Below are positions 36,709 through 47,118 of a stretch of DNA of 64,000 nt, in pieces. The first letter of the stretch is position 1. Each line of letters opens with the position of its first letter. The notes beneath the pieces are model-generated. The model ran no database searches. It saw only the letters and a program-made list of their open reading frames with translations, and was not told the DNA's origin. Position numbers and translations under genes: made by a program. Location: positions 256,001 to 320,000 of the forward strand of contig CAVVUN010000009.1 of the NCBI GenBank assembly GCA_963751455.1. Direction: 5' to 3'. The stretch is from Nitrospirota bacterium. Lineage in GTDB: Bacteria > Nitrospirota > UBA9217.

Positions 36709-38664
36709 TTATGAATTAAGAGGGGATTTGGGGGAGACTGTTTTATGCTCGGTAATGACTTTACGGATGGTGTCGCTCAGTTTGGCGATGGTATATGGCT
36801 TCGAAATGACGCCGCAGAAGCCGTAATCCGAATATTGCGCCATAATAGGATCGTTGGAGTAACCGCTTGAGACGATTGCTTTGGCAAACGGGTCGATTTC
36901 ACAGAGACGTTTTACCGCTTCCTTGCCCCCCATTCCTCCCGGAATAGTGAGGTCCATGAGAACGACGTCGATACGCCTGCCGGCTTTAAGTTCACGTGTA
37001 TAAATATCAAGCGCTTCAGATCCGTCTCTCGCATTAGATACATCGTAGCCGAGGCGGGTGAGAATCTCGCCCGCGACTTCCCTGACCATGTCTTCGTCGT
37101 CCATGATCAAAATCTTGCCGCTGCCGGCTGCCGATGTTAACATGTCCGGTTTTTTATGCGGGGGGCCGGCGGCGGCAGGAAGGTAAACATGAAACGTCGT
37201 GCCCGTTTTGACGACCGAATCTACGGAAATATGTCCATGATGGCGTTTTATGATCGAGTAGGTAGTCGCAAGTCCGAGCCCGCTGCCTTTTTCCTTTGTC
37301 GTAAAATACGGATCGAAGATTTTTTCGAGATATTGCGGGGATATGCCGATTCCCTGATCTGCTATGGATATTTGCACATAGTTTCCGGGTGCGAGCGGCA
37401 GTTCGTCTGCAGCGGTAACGGCAATGTTCCGATCGGATATTTTTATTGTCCCGCCGTCGGGCATCGCCTGGTCCGCATTGATAATCAGGTTGTTGAACAC
37501 CTGGCTCAATTGGCCTTCGTCAGCCTCGACATTCCAGAGGTCGCTGCAAAGCGCAAAATCGCATTTGCTTTTTGAGCCGTGAAGCGCAAACGACGCGACA
37601 TCGCGAACAAGTTCCATGATGGAGAGGTTCTTCTTGACGGGAGCGCCGCCCCGCGAAAACGTTAAAAGCTGCTGCGTGAGCATTCTCGCTTTTTCCAATG
37701 CGCGCTCAGCTTCCTCCATTCTTTCATAGATCATGTCACCGGGACCGGAATCCAGTTTTGCAAGCGTGATGTTGCCGAGGATCGCGGTCAGGAGATTGTT
37801 AAAGTCGTGGGCCAGTCCTCCGGCGAGGACGCCGAGCGATTCCAACTTTTCCGCTTTCAGAAGCTCATCCTCCAGTTTTCTCTGCGCGGTCACATCGGTA
37901 ACCATCGAAAACCGGGCCTGTCTTTTGCCGAACAGGATGGGGTGCGAGATCATTTCGACTTCAATGACGGTGCCGTCCTTCCTGCGATGTTTCCAGACAC
38001 CTGCGATATGCGGATCCGAGTTATCAGAAAGAGAATTCATGAGGCCTGGCAGCGTATCCGGGGGACAGATGTCCTCAAGGTTCATCCCCAGAAATTCTTC
38101 ACGCGAATATCCGTAGTGCCTAATGGCCGCGTCGTTCACCGCAAGAAAAAAAAGGCTCTTTATATCGAAAACCCACATGGGCTGCGGATTATGCTCGAAC
38201 AGCTGCCGGTAACGCTCTTCGCTTTCACGGACGGTTTCCTGCAGCCTGCGGCGTTCTTGAATCAGCTGCTGACGGTACAGCACCTGGTTTATAACCGAGG
38301 GAAGGACATCCAGAAATTTCAGTTCCACGTCCTTTACAATATAATCGGCCGCGCCCAGTTTGATCGATTCTACAGCAATTTCCTCGTTGCCCTCACCGGT
38401 AATCATGATAGTGGCGGGGAGCTGATTTGTTTTCCCAAGCATCCGTATGACTTCAATACCTCCGAGGACCGGCATATGGTAATCCACTATCAGCAGATCA
38501 TAGGGCTTGGATGCCGCCATGGAAAGACCTTCCTGCCCGTTCAATGCGACCGAAACACCGTATCCCTGCCGCTCCAAACGGTTCTGGAGGAGACGGCAAA
38601 GGCCCGGGTCGTCCTCCATAATCAGTATCTGTGTTACAGCGCCGTCTATCATGGGCGAAACCAC
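36709..38664 (-). CDS. hybrid histidine kinase REC-PAS-HisKA-HATPase-REC
   Basis: ILIMEDD..DYHMP, PAS, AGGLAHDFNN, FDPYFTTK, C-terminal REC. Confidence 0.93.
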   Translation of the reverse strand: MVSPMIDGAVTQILIMEDDPGLCRLLQNRLERQGYGVSVALNGQEGLSMAASKPYDLLIVDYHMPVLGGIEVIRMLGKTNQLPATIMITGEGNEEIAVESIKLGAADYIVKDVELKFLDVLPSVINQVLYRQQLIQERRRLQETVRESEERYRQLFEHNPQPMWVFDIKSLFFLAVNDAAIRHYGYSREEFLGMNLEDICPPDTLPGLMNSLSDNSDPHIAGVWKHRRKDGTVIEVEMISHPILFGKRQARFSMVTDVTAQRKLEDELLKAEKLESLGVLAGGLAHDFNNLLTAILGNITLAKLDSGPGDMIYERMEEAERALEKARMLTQQLLTFSRGGAPVKKNLSIMELVRDVASFALHGSKSKCDFALCSDLWNVEADEGQLSQVFNNLIINADQAMPDGGTIKISDRNIAVTAADELPLAPGNYVQISIADQGIGISPQYLEKIFDPYFTTKEKGSGLGLATTYSIIKRHHGHISVDSVVKTGTTFHVYLPAAAGPPHKKPDMLTSAAGSGKILIMDDEDMVREVAGEILTRLGYDVSNARDGSEALDIYTRELKAGRRIDVVLMDLTIPGGMGGKEAVKRLCEIDPFAKAIVSSGYSNDPIMAQYSDYGFCGVISKPYTIAKLSDTIRKVITEHKTVSPKSPLNS

Positions 38665-38711
38665 TCCCTGTAAGGGGAATCAACTCACCGGATTACTCAT
38701 GAGGAAGGCTC

Positions 38712-39629
38712 TTACCACCATCTCATAAGCGCAATAATGAAGGTAATGACGAAAACAAGAACGAGATTCATATATGCGAAAAAATAAAATAGCCGCTCAT
38801 GAAAAGGCCGTTTCGAGTCAGGCGCGACCAGTAACCCGATACGCGGCATGGCAGTGATCTTGTTTTCATCATGCGGGGCAGTGGTGAGGAAAGCGGTCAA
38901 GTCCTCACCTGCGCAGTGTTTCATGCCGTGCACTCCGTTTTTCCAGAGATTGCTTTCCGTTACATCATAAATAACATCTTTATAGCTTATGTAAGCGGGC
39001 CTTCCTTCTTTCCCGTCGAAATACCGAAGCCCTTCCTCATTATATACCCCGGCACCTTCAACTGCGACGGCATTTTTTTGTTTCCGCAGCCGGGGCCCGA
39101 TAAAGCGCGTAACGATTACGGCGCTTATAAACATGATAATGAAAAGGATAATCTTTATGCCGAGGAGTATGCCGAATCTGGTCGTCCAGAATACAGGCCA
39201 TGCAGGCACCCTCGCGATAGTCAACAGTATCCCGGTAATGAGAACCATGGGCATCGTCGCCCATGCCAATCGGAGTTCACCCCTCGGAAGCCCCTTTGAG
39301 GCATAAGCAGGTTTGAGCAGCAGATGAACGTACATTATGGTCCCGAACCAGGCAATTGCAGACAAAAGATGCAGGTATCCCACTGCCACGCGCATTGCCT
39401 TACCAGTACCGGACAACGGATGATAGAGCTGCAGCTGCTTCAATTGCTCCAGAAATATTTTGCCCTCTTCTGTAAGGTCCCCGCCTCCCGCAGGATTAAT
39501 ATGGCAATGAGTACACGTCATCCCGGTCTTTTTGGAATATTCCGGAGTTGCAAATGCAGGGCAGGGGAAGGAAAAGAAAAAAAGCGGCAGCAGTATGAAT
39601 ATGAGAAACGAAGACAGTTCGTTTTTCAT
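38712..39629 (-). CDS. heme c (CxxCH) + CopD-like TM + cytochrome b5-like domain protein
   Basis: ATPEYSKKTG..CTHCH, YLHLL.AI.WFG, FG.LL.IKI, FDGKEGRPAYI...IYDVT.S.LW..G.H...H.AG.DLT......PH. Confidence 0.8.
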   Translation of the reverse strand: MKNELSSFLIFILLPLFFFSFPCPAFATPEYSKKTGMTCTHCHINPAGGGDLTEEGKIFLEQLKQLQLYHPLSGTGKAMRVAVGYLHLLSAIAWFGTIMYVHLLLKPAYASKGLPRGELRLAWATMPMVLITGILLTIARVPAWPVFWTTRFGILLGIKIILFIIMFISAVIVTRFIGPRLRKQKNAVAVEGAGVYNEEGLRYFDGKEGRPAYISYKDVIYDVTESNLWKNGVHGMKHCAGEDLTAFLTTAPHDENKITAMPRIGLLVAPDSKRPFHERLFYFFAYMNLVLVFVITFIIALMRWW

Positions 39630-39697
39630 ACGCGAATTATAGAGTATCGCATCCCAAATGTAAATACATTTGTACCCGGTTCCGTTCACGAGCGAGA

Positions 39698-40537
39698 TCA
39701 CTTTCGGACAACCACAGATACCCATTTGTCATCAACTAACCGCTCTACCATACGCAAGCCGTTTTTTTTCATTTCAGCGATTACCTCGCCTTCCTGGCCC
39801 TGCAGCATGCCGGAGAGCAGAACGATGCCGGCCGTATTCAGTCGAGCAGCAAACTGCGAAGCGAGAAGCAGCAGGACGCCGGAAATTATATTGGCCGCGA
39901 TTGCGTCGAAGACGCCTGATATTGAAGCGATGCTTCCTTCCCTGATTTCTATGCGTGGTACATTGTTAAGGCCTGCGTTCATGCGGGCTGCCGTGATTGC
40001 TACAGGGTCGGTGTCAAGTGCTGTTACGTGCTTGTAACCCAGTTTTGCGGCTGCAATTGCGAGAAGCCCGGTGCCCGTGCCCAGGTCCAGGAAGCGTTCT
40101 TTTGCCGAAAGAGCGCAGTATTTTTCCATGAGAACGAGGCAGGACCGGGTAGTTGCATGATGGCCCGTGCCGAAGGCCATTCCAGGATCTATGACGAGAT
40201 TGATTCGTCCCTCGTGCTCTTTTTCCCAGGGAGGGAGGACCGTGAAGCGCTCTCCTATCCGCAGGGGTTGAAATCCTTTTTTCCAGGACTCGTTCCAATC
40301 CTGGTCCGGAATCAGAACGTTATTGAACGTCAGGGTTCCGCTGCCGGATTTTTCGAGCAGCATATCCAGGATTGCCAGATCTTCGGTAATTTTTTTCATG
40401 TCAGCTGCTTCGGCGAAATAGGCGGTTATGCCGTTATTTTGTTCAATAACCCCGAGGCTGCCCGCGGCCATGAGTTTTTGGATCAGCCTGTCCCTGACGT
40501 ATTCGCGGCTCTGTATGGTCAATTCGTAGTAAGACAT
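39698..40537 (-). CDS. prmA: ribosomal protein L11 methyltransferase
   Basis: DWNESWK..F.P, IDPGMAFGTGHHATT, LDLGTGTG.LAI, ANI. Confidence 0.93.
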   Translation of the reverse strand: MSYYELTIQSREYVRDRLIQKLMAAGSLGVIEQNNGITAYFAEAADMKKITEDLAILDMLLEKSGSGTLTFNNVLIPDQDWNESWKKGFQPLRIGERFTVLPPWEKEHEGRINLVIDPGMAFGTGHHATTRSCLVLMEKYCALSAKERFLDLGTGTGLLAIAAAKLGYKHVTALDTDPVAITAARMNAGLNNVPRIEIREGSIASISGVFDAIAANIISGVLLLLASQFAARLNTAGIVLLSGMLQGQEGEVIAEMKKNGLRMVERLVDDKWVSVVVRK

Positions 40538-40759
40538 GAAAGTTGTGTTATTGTATCAGGCGTCGTAAGGGCATGTCAAATACTCGATTATGAATAGGAA
40601 ACAGAAAACTAAGCCAAAAAAATCCGTTCCACGGCCGAAAACATGGAACGGGACCCGGGTTTTGATTACTTTTTCCTTGACAACTCCATGACTTACATGC
40701 TATTTTACGTGCTCTTCACGAGAAAAGAGACAGGATTACAACCAAGGAGGGTTGAGCAC

Positions 40760-41071
40760 ATGTATGCAGTTATCGCTTCCGGAGGAAAACAATATAAAGT
40801 TGCCCCCGGTGATATTGTCAGAATAGAATGCATTGAAGCCAAAAAGGGCGATACCATCGAGATCAAGGACGTTTATATGATCGCTGACGGCGACAAGATA
40901 TCCGTGGGCAAACCCATGCTTGCGTCCGCAAAGGTCACGGCCGAAGTCATGGGCGACGGGAGAGGCGAGAAACTTCTTATATTCAAACACCGCCGACGGA
41001 AGGGGTACCGCAGGACGAACGGTCACCGCCAGAATTTTACGGCGATCAAAGTGAAGGAAATAACAGCATAA
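40760..41071 (+). CDS. rplU: 50S ribosomal protein L21
   Basis: MYAVIASGGKQYKV...GHRQNFT; RBS AAGGAGG. Confidence 0.97.
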   Translation: MYAVIASGGKQYKVAPGDIVRIECIEAKKGDTIEIKDVYMIADGDKISVGKPMLASAKVTAEVMGDGRGEKLLIFKHRRRKGYRRTNGHRQNFTAIKVKEITA

Positions 41072-41181
41072 ATTCAGGAATCAGGAGGCAGTGAGTCAGG
41101 AGTCAGGAAAAAAATGAGACATTTTTCCCGGGCTTCTGAATACTGACTTCTGTCTCCTTGTTCAATCCGGAGGATATCAGA

Positions 41182-41442
41182 ATGGCACATAAAAAGGGAG
41201 TCGGCAGTTCGAGGAACGGAAGAGACAGCAATCCCCAATATCTGGGCGTAAAGCGGTATGCAGGCGAAAAAGTGCTCGCGGGCACAATCCTCGTGCGGCA
41301 GCGCGGCACCAAATTTCACCCCGGAATGAACGTGGGCAAGGGCAGCGACGATACTCTTTTCGCAAAGATAAACGGTGTGGTGAAATTCGAAAAATACGAC
41401 AGAACACGTAAACAAATAAGCGTATACGAAGCGGCTTCGTAA
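41182..41442 (+). CDS. rpmA: 50S ribosomal protein L27
   Basis: [26 protein letters not shown]. Confidence 0.98.
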   Translation: MAHKKGVGSSRNGRDSNPQYLGVKRYAGEKVLAGTILVRQRGTKFHPGMNVGKGSDDTLFAKINGVVKFEKYDRTRKQISVYEAAS

Positions 41443-41466
41443 GAGCTTTCGAAAAGCATTTCGCAA

Positions 41467-41494
41467 GGCGGCATTAAACCATGCCGCCCTTTTT
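41467..41494 (+). terminator. intrinsic terminator after rpmA
   Basis: ggcggcat-taaacc-atgccgcc-cttttt. Confidence 0.75.
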
Positions 41495-41734
41495 ATTTTG
41501 ACCCTGTTCGCACAGGTTCCTTTTCATCTCCTGCCCGAGCCTCCTCAAGGGAGGCGGAGACCTCCAAAAAATAACGCGACTCGCGCAGCCCGCGTCGTAT
41601 TCTTTCCCCGTTTTTAGCCGGGAAACTCCGAGCTCCGGGATTGACTCTTGCATTTTCATGCATAACTCTGTATATTCTTTACATAATCTCAATGATCTGA
41701 CCCCCCTCCGGTTCAGGGGAGAGAGCGTATCATC

Positions 41735-42772
41735 ATGTCCAATTTTATAGACCGGGTTAAGATCAACATAAAAGCAGGCCATGGCGGACCGGGCGCCATC
41801 AGTTTCAGGCGTGAAGCATATGTGCCCCGGGGCGGACCTGACGGAGGAAACGGCGGCAAAGGCGGAGATATCATTATCCGCGCCGACAGCCAGCTCGGGA
41901 CGCTTATCGATCTCAGGTACCAGCAGAACTATTTTGCCAAAAACGGCGTACAGGGCAGCGGCAAACAGTCGTCGGGAGCGGATGCGGATGACATCATAAT
42001 CCGGGTCCCCGTCGGGACGCTGATCTATGAGGCAGAGACCAGAGAACTGATCTCCGATCTTGACGCCGATGGCAAAGAATTCATGGCTGCCAGGGCGGGC
42101 AGAGGCGGCAAAGGAAACGCTTTTTTCAAGAGCGCGACGCATCAGGCGCCGCGGTTCGCGCAGCCCGGAGAACCAGGCGAGGAAAAAACCCTGTTCCTTG
42201 AGCTGAAGCTCCTCGCCGATGTGGGGCTTGTCGGTTTTCCGAATGCGGGCAAATCGACGCTCATCTCGCGCATTTCAGCTGCCAAACCAAAGATAGCGGA
42301 CTATCCGTTTACTACACTGACACCGGTGCTTGGCGTCGTGAAACCGGAAGGCAGGAAGAGTTTTGTGGTTGCCGATATTCCGGGCTTGATCGAGAATGCC
42401 CATAAGGGAGCAGGACTGGGGTTCGAATTCCTGCGGCATGTGGAACGAACATCCATTCTCCTTCACCTGGTCGACGTGTCCGGGCTCGTTCCCGGCGGTC
42501 CCGTTGAGAACTTCAAGAAGATCAATAAGGAGCTTGAACTTTACAGCCCGGAGCTGCTCCGCAAATTCATGGCAGTAGCGGCAACCAAGATAGACGCCGC
42601 TGAGCCGGAAAAACTGAATGAACTGGCGGAATTCTGCCGTGCGGAGGGACTGGATTTTTTCCCGGTCTCCGCTGTTACCGGCGCCGGGCTCGAACCGCTG
42701 ATCGGCTTTCTTGCCGGGACGGTCGAAGCGAATAAAAAAGTGACGGTGAGCGATATCGGACAACCTGACTAA
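41735..42772 (+). CDS. obgE: GTPase ObgE/CgtA
   Basis: FRREAYVPRGGPDGGNGG, GFPNAGKST, YPFTT, DIPG, TKID. Confidence 0.97.
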   Translation: MSNFIDRVKINIKAGHGGPGAISFRREAYVPRGGPDGGNGGKGGDIIIRADSQLGTLIDLRYQQNYFAKNGVQGSGKQSSGADADDIIIRVPVGTLIYEAETRELISDLDADGKEFMAARAGRGGKGNAFFKSATHQAPRFAQPGEPGEEKTLFLELKLLADVGLVGFPNAGKSTLISRISAAKPKIADYPFTTLTPVLGVVKPEGRKSFVVADIPGLIENAHKGAGLGFEFLRHVERTSILLHLVDVSGLVPGGPVENFKKINKELELYSPELLRKFMAVAATKIDAAEPEKLNELAEFCRAEGLDFFPVSAVTGAGLEPLIGFLAGTVEANKKVTVSDIGQPD

Positions 42773-42862
42773 AGAAATGAAATCTGATTCGGGGACCCGC
42801 CCTGGATTCTTGTCGCCCTGCTCCCCCGATTTTCTCTCTTTAATTTAAAAGCTGTTTTCTGA

Positions 42863-43930
42863 ATGAAATCAACACAGAAAAAAATCCTGGTAATGCGTTA
42901 CCGTTTCATAGGCGACACGGTCCTGACCGTGCCGTTTCTGCGAAACCTGCGCAAGGCCGAACCGCATGCCGCAATTACGTGGATGGTCGCCCCGGGTTCA
43001 TCCGATGCAGTATCAGGGATACCGTATGTAGATCATCTGTTGTACTGGGACCCGGTTACCATACACGCGGACAGCAGGGGCGCTCATCGAACACTCTCAT
43101 CAAAGCTGACGTTCATCAAAGAACTGCGGAAGGAGCGCTTTGACAAGGTTTACGTGCTCAAGCGGTCATTGTCCAGCGCAATCATCGCCTGGTTAAGCGG
43201 CGCGCCGGAGCGGGTAGGCTTCGATACAGAGGGGCGAGGGTGCCTGCTGACCCGGAGGGTCGCTTACCGGCACGATCGTCATGAAGTCATGAACTTTCTG
43301 GCTGTTTTGAACGAAGACGGAGTGAAGGTCCATGACGATTTTCTGGAAATATGGTCAACGCCCGAGGAAGAACTAAAAACTCAGGACAGAATCACCCGGA
43401 GCGGAATCAACGCTTCTGCGCAGTTCGCCGTAATCCATCCGTTTTCCGCAGTTGTCGAGCGCGGATGGCCGCTCGAAAACTTTGCTGAACTGGCTTCACG
43501 GCTAAACGCTGACACCGGGTGCAGGGTGATCGTCGTTGGCGGGCCGGGTGACAGGGAGACCTTCGCACGGGTTCGTGCTGTGTTCGGGCCTGATATCGTG
43601 GATCTCGTCGGCAAATGCAGTATGCGTGAAACGATCGCCCTGTTGCGGCGAAGCAGCCTCTTTATCGGAAACGACAGCGGCGTTATGCATCTTGCCTCAG
43701 CAGCAGGGGTTCCGCTCGTGGCGCTCTTCGGCCCTCAATCGCCGGTTAAATTCGGGCCGTGGAGCAAGCGGGCAAAAGTAATATATAAAGGAATGAACTG
43801 CTCGCCCTGCAGACAGAAGTTTTTTAGCGAATGTTCGCCGTCTTCGCGAATGAGGCCGGCATGCATGGAAAACATTTCAGTAGAGGAAGTTTTTCAGGAA
43901 TGTATCAAGATTGCCGACTTAAAGCCTTGA
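42863..43930 (+). CDS. waaF: GT9 LPS heptosyltransferase (WaaF-like)
   Basis: RFIGDTVL..P, ERVGF, GNDSGVMHLA..G.P.VALFG, CSPC. Confidence 0.8.
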   Translation: MKSTQKKILVMRYRFIGDTVLTVPFLRNLRKAEPHAAITWMVAPGSSDAVSGIPYVDHLLYWDPVTIHADSRGAHRTLSSKLTFIKELRKERFDKVYVLKRSLSSAIIAWLSGAPERVGFDTEGRGCLLTRRVAYRHDRHEVMNFLAVLNEDGVKVHDDFLEIWSTPEEELKTQDRITRSGINASAQFAVIHPFSAVVERGWPLENFAELASRLNADTGCRVIVVGGPGDRETFARVRAVFGPDIVDLVGKCSMRETIALLRRSSLFIGNDSGVMHLASAAGVPLVALFGPQSPVKFGPWSKRAKVIYKGMNCSPCRQKFFSECSPSSRMRPACMENISVEEVFQECIKIADLKP

Positions 43931-44016
43931 GCCGCAGCAGTAACTCACAAAGTAGAAAGTTAGCCTGAACAATTTGCACTTTGCAATTTGAAATTTGCAA
44001 TATGCAATAAATCTTT

Positions 44017-44790
44017 ATGACCCATAAACTGTCAGTCGCCATTATTACCCTGAACGAAGAAGCGAACATTCGTCGTACGCTGGAAAGCGTGAAATGGGCG
44101 GATGAAATCGTTGTTATCGATTCGGGCAGCTCCGATAAGACCGTTTCAATATGCCGCGAGTATACGGATAAGGTGCTTCTTCAGCCGTGGCTGGGCTTTG
44201 CGGCCCAGAAGAATTTCGCCATCGATCGAACTACAGGTGACTGGATCCTGAGCCTTGATGCTGATGAACCGATAGAGCCGATGCTTGCGGATGAAATCCG
44301 TGCCATTATTTCCTCTGCGACAGCATTCGACGGCTACCACATCCCCCGAAAAACGTTTTTTCTCAGAAGGCAGATGCGGTACGGCGGCTGGTATCCGGAT
44401 TATAATCTTCGGTTGTTCCGCCAGGGAAAAGGCAGGTTCGAGGAAAGGGCAGTCCATGAGGCAGTCAAAGTCGCTGGAACTGTCGGACAGACCCGGAATG
44501 CAATCAATCACCATGCTTATCCGGACCTTGCCGGCTACATGTCCTCGATTAACAGATATTCCTCACTGGCCGTGAACGTAATGGCTGAAAAGGGCATTTC
44601 CGGCTTCAAGACAAGCTGGATCAATATCGCCGGCCGGCCGGTTTTTACGTTCATCTTTAAATATTTCTTTCGCCTCGGGTTCCTTGACGGGAAAGCAGGA
44701 CTCCTGCTCAATCTTTTCCATTCTTATTATGTGTTCGCAAAATATGCCAAGGCGTGGGAATATAAAAAACGCATAGGGCATAGCGCATAG
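44017..44790 (+). CDS. GT2 LPS core glycosyltransferase (WaaE/KdtX-like)
   Basis: IITLNEE, DSGSSD.T, LDADE, WYPDY..RLF, VHE. Confidence 0.85.
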   Translation: MTHKLSVAIITLNEEANIRRTLESVKWADEIVVIDSGSSDKTVSICREYTDKVLLQPWLGFAAQKNFAIDRTTGDWILSLDADEPIEPMLADEIRAIISSATAFDGYHIPRKTFFLRRQMRYGGWYPDYNLRLFRQGKGRFEERAVHEAVKVAGTVGQTRNAINHHAYPDLAGYMSSINRYSSLAVNVMAEKGISGFKTSWINIAGRPVFTFIFKYFFRLGFLDGKAGLLLNLFHSYYVFAKYAKAWEYKKRIGHSA

Positions 44791-44835
44791 CGCAGGTTCT
44801 TTGTTCTACGCGCGCTGCGGCATACGGCTAATATC

Positions 44836-45936
44836 ATGAAGATTCTGTTTGTGAACAATTCACGGGGCCGGGGCGGCGGAGAGGAATTTCTTCGAGATCT
44901 GCTGCCCGGTCTCTGTAATAAGGGCATTGATGTCGGGCTTCTCTGCAGGCCGGATACCCCTCTTACCGAAATGTTCAAAAGCAGCAGGATCAAAGTGCAT
45001 CCACTGGAACGCTCCGGACGTCATGCGCTGACCGCCGTCTTTAAAACCGCCTCCATCATTCGATCCGGCGGATACGACATTATCAATATACAGCGACGCC
45101 ACGATATACTCCAGGCTTTGCTGGCGGTCCGGCTTTCCGCCAGATCTCCTCACTTGCTGTATACCGTGCAGGTGCCGGAATTCATGAAGTCTCTTTTTAT
45201 CCTTTCCCGCATGAAAAAGATTGTCACCATCTCACGCCATATCAGGGACCGGATGACATCCGGCTTTCCGGAAATAGCGCCGAGAATCAGAATCATCCAC
45301 TACGGTATAGACCTTGATAAGTTCAAACCCTCGACAATCAGTCGAGGCCGGTTGCGAAAACGGTTCGGGCTGGAACAGGATACTAGAATTATAGGCTCCG
45401 TCGGAGACCTCTGGAAAAACCAGATTGAATTTCTTGATGCGCTCGTACTTATCAGAAAAGAAATTCCGGGCGCCCGGTACGCACTTGTGGCTGCGGAATC
45501 GGGAAGCGGTCATGTCGAAGAGTTCAAACAGCGGGCATCAGCGCTCTGCGTTTCGGATGCACTTCTATGGACCGGGCGGCTGTCCAAGGACGACATGCTC
45601 TCATTTTATTCCGACATCGATGTCGCCGTTAACACTCATCGCAATGAAGGTTTCGGCATCTGGGTGCTGGAAGCACTGGCGGCAGGCACTCCCGTCGTTT
45701 CGGTGAACGAAGGAGGCGTCCGCGATTCGCTCGATGGCTGTCCCGCAGGAGCGCTCGTGGATGGCGGTGCAGATGCCATGGCGCGCGAAGTGATCAGGAT
45801 ACTGGATGACAGGTCCGTGCATAGGCGTATGGCTGAGGCGGGACCCCGCTGGACATCCGAAAGATTCAGTCGGGAACGGATGGTCGGCGACTACTTTGAA
45901 TTCTTCCAGCACTTGGAGGAGAACTTGAACAGCTGA
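44836..45936 (+). CDS. GT4 glycosyltransferase
   Basis: GGGEE, EGFGIWVLEALAAGTPVV. Confidence 0.88.
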   Translation: MKILFVNNSRGRGGGEEFLRDLLPGLCNKGIDVGLLCRPDTPLTEMFKSSRIKVHPLERSGRHALTAVFKTASIIRSGGYDIINIQRRHDILQALLAVRLSARSPHLLYTVQVPEFMKSLFILSRMKKIVTISRHIRDRMTSGFPEIAPRIRIIHYGIDLDKFKPSTISRGRLRKRFGLEQDTRIIGSVGDLWKNQIEFLDALVLIRKEIPGARYALVAAESGSGHVEEFKQRASALCVSDALLWTGRLSKDDMLSFYSDIDVAVNTHRNEGFGIWVLEALAAGTPVVSVNEGGVRDSLDGCPAGALVDGGADAMAREVIRILDDRSVHRRMAEAGPRWTSERFSRERMVGDYFEFFQHLEENLNS

Positions 45937-45962
45937 TGCAAGAAGAACTCAGGAGAACGGCA

Positions 45963-47096
45963 ATGAAAATTCTGTATATTTCGAACGGATCAAATTTTTT
46001 GAGTGCAGGCGGAATGGAATATCATATGATCGACGTCACCGAATGGCTGAAAAAGAAAGGTGTTCAGTCGGCAATGGCCATACGGAAGGGTACCTTCATG
46101 CATAAAAATCTTGTGTCTGACAGACCGAACATCTACCCGCTGTCGTGGACCGGCCCGGCGAAAATTATTTCTTTTTTACAGGTTGCCCGTGCGATTATTG
46201 ACTTTTCTCCGGACATCATTTCTATTAACAGAGAACGGGACATAAAGCGTATTTATTACATCGTCAAGTTCATGGAGCTCTTCTTAAAGAATAAAATCAA
46301 ACTCATCTCAATATTTCAAAATGTGGGATGGAGAAGCTCTTTCAAACTGGAGAAGCTTGACGGGCTTATTTTTCTCAACGATTACACGAAGCAGGATTAC
46401 ATTTCCTGGAATAAAGGTGCAGAAAACAAGTCAGTAACCATAAATTACGGAATCCATCTGCCCGAAGTCGATCGCCAAGAAAAGTCCAAATTGAACAGAG
46501 CGCGTAAATTTTTCAAGGGTACAGGGTTCCCGTTGATCGGCATGGTGGGCGAATTCCGCAAAAACCAGACCGAATTGATCGACGTGGCTTGCCATCTAAA
46601 GAAAAAACTGCCCGATTTTACCATTGCCTTCATCGGGAGAGGGACAGAGGAAGAGACGAGGCCGCTGAAGGATAAAATAGAACGAATGGGCTTGACGAAA
46701 AACTTCGTTTTTACCGGCAGAGTTGACAAAGAGCGCATACCGGACATTTTTTACGACCTGGATGTGTCCGTCACAACAAACCGGTCTGAGGCTTTCGGCT
46801 TGGTTTTTATAGAATCGCTTGCTTCGTGTACGCCCCTCGTAGCGTATAATTCGGGTGGTCCCGTCGAAATTCTTGAAAAAGGAGGCGGCCTCCTGGTATC
46901 CGGCGGTCCGGAGGAAATGGCTGACAAACTTTTCACGATCGTCTCCGATCATGATTTAAGAAACTCGCTGGGTGCGGCCGGACGAGACATTGCGGAAAGA
47001 TACTTCAGCATCAACGCAATGGGGGAAAGGCATTTTAATTATTATTCTGAAATTCTCGGAAAGGCTTATGTACGCCAGAGCCTTGCAGCGGGGTAG
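45963..47096 (+). CDS. GT4 glycosyltransferase
   Basis: AGGME, EAFGLVFIESLAS.TP. Confidence 0.88.
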   Translation: MKILYISNGSNFLSAGGMEYHMIDVTEWLKKKGVQSAMAIRKGTFMHKNLVSDRPNIYPLSWTGPAKIISFLQVARAIIDFSPDIISINRERDIKRIYYIVKFMELFLKNKIKLISIFQNVGWRSSFKLEKLDGLIFLNDYTKQDYISWNKGAENKSVTINYGIHLPEVDRQEKSKLNRARKFFKGTGFPLIGMVGEFRKNQTELIDVACHLKKKLPDFTIAFIGRGTEEETRPLKDKIERMGLTKNFVFTGRVDKERIPDIFYDLDVSVTTNRSEAFGLVFIESLASCTPLVAYNSGGPVEILEKGGGLLVSGGPEEMADKLFTIVSDHDLRNSLGAAGRDIAERYFSINAMGERHFNYYSEILGKAYVRQSLAAG

Positions 47097-47118
47097 ATTT
47101 GTTGCGATTGGATAAAGA

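Noticed and set aside
35487-38700. Integron integrase expected upstream of the array
   Set aside because: No ORF with tyrosine-recombinase R-H-x-x-R-Y motifs; only an IS91 stub, a cupin and a kinase
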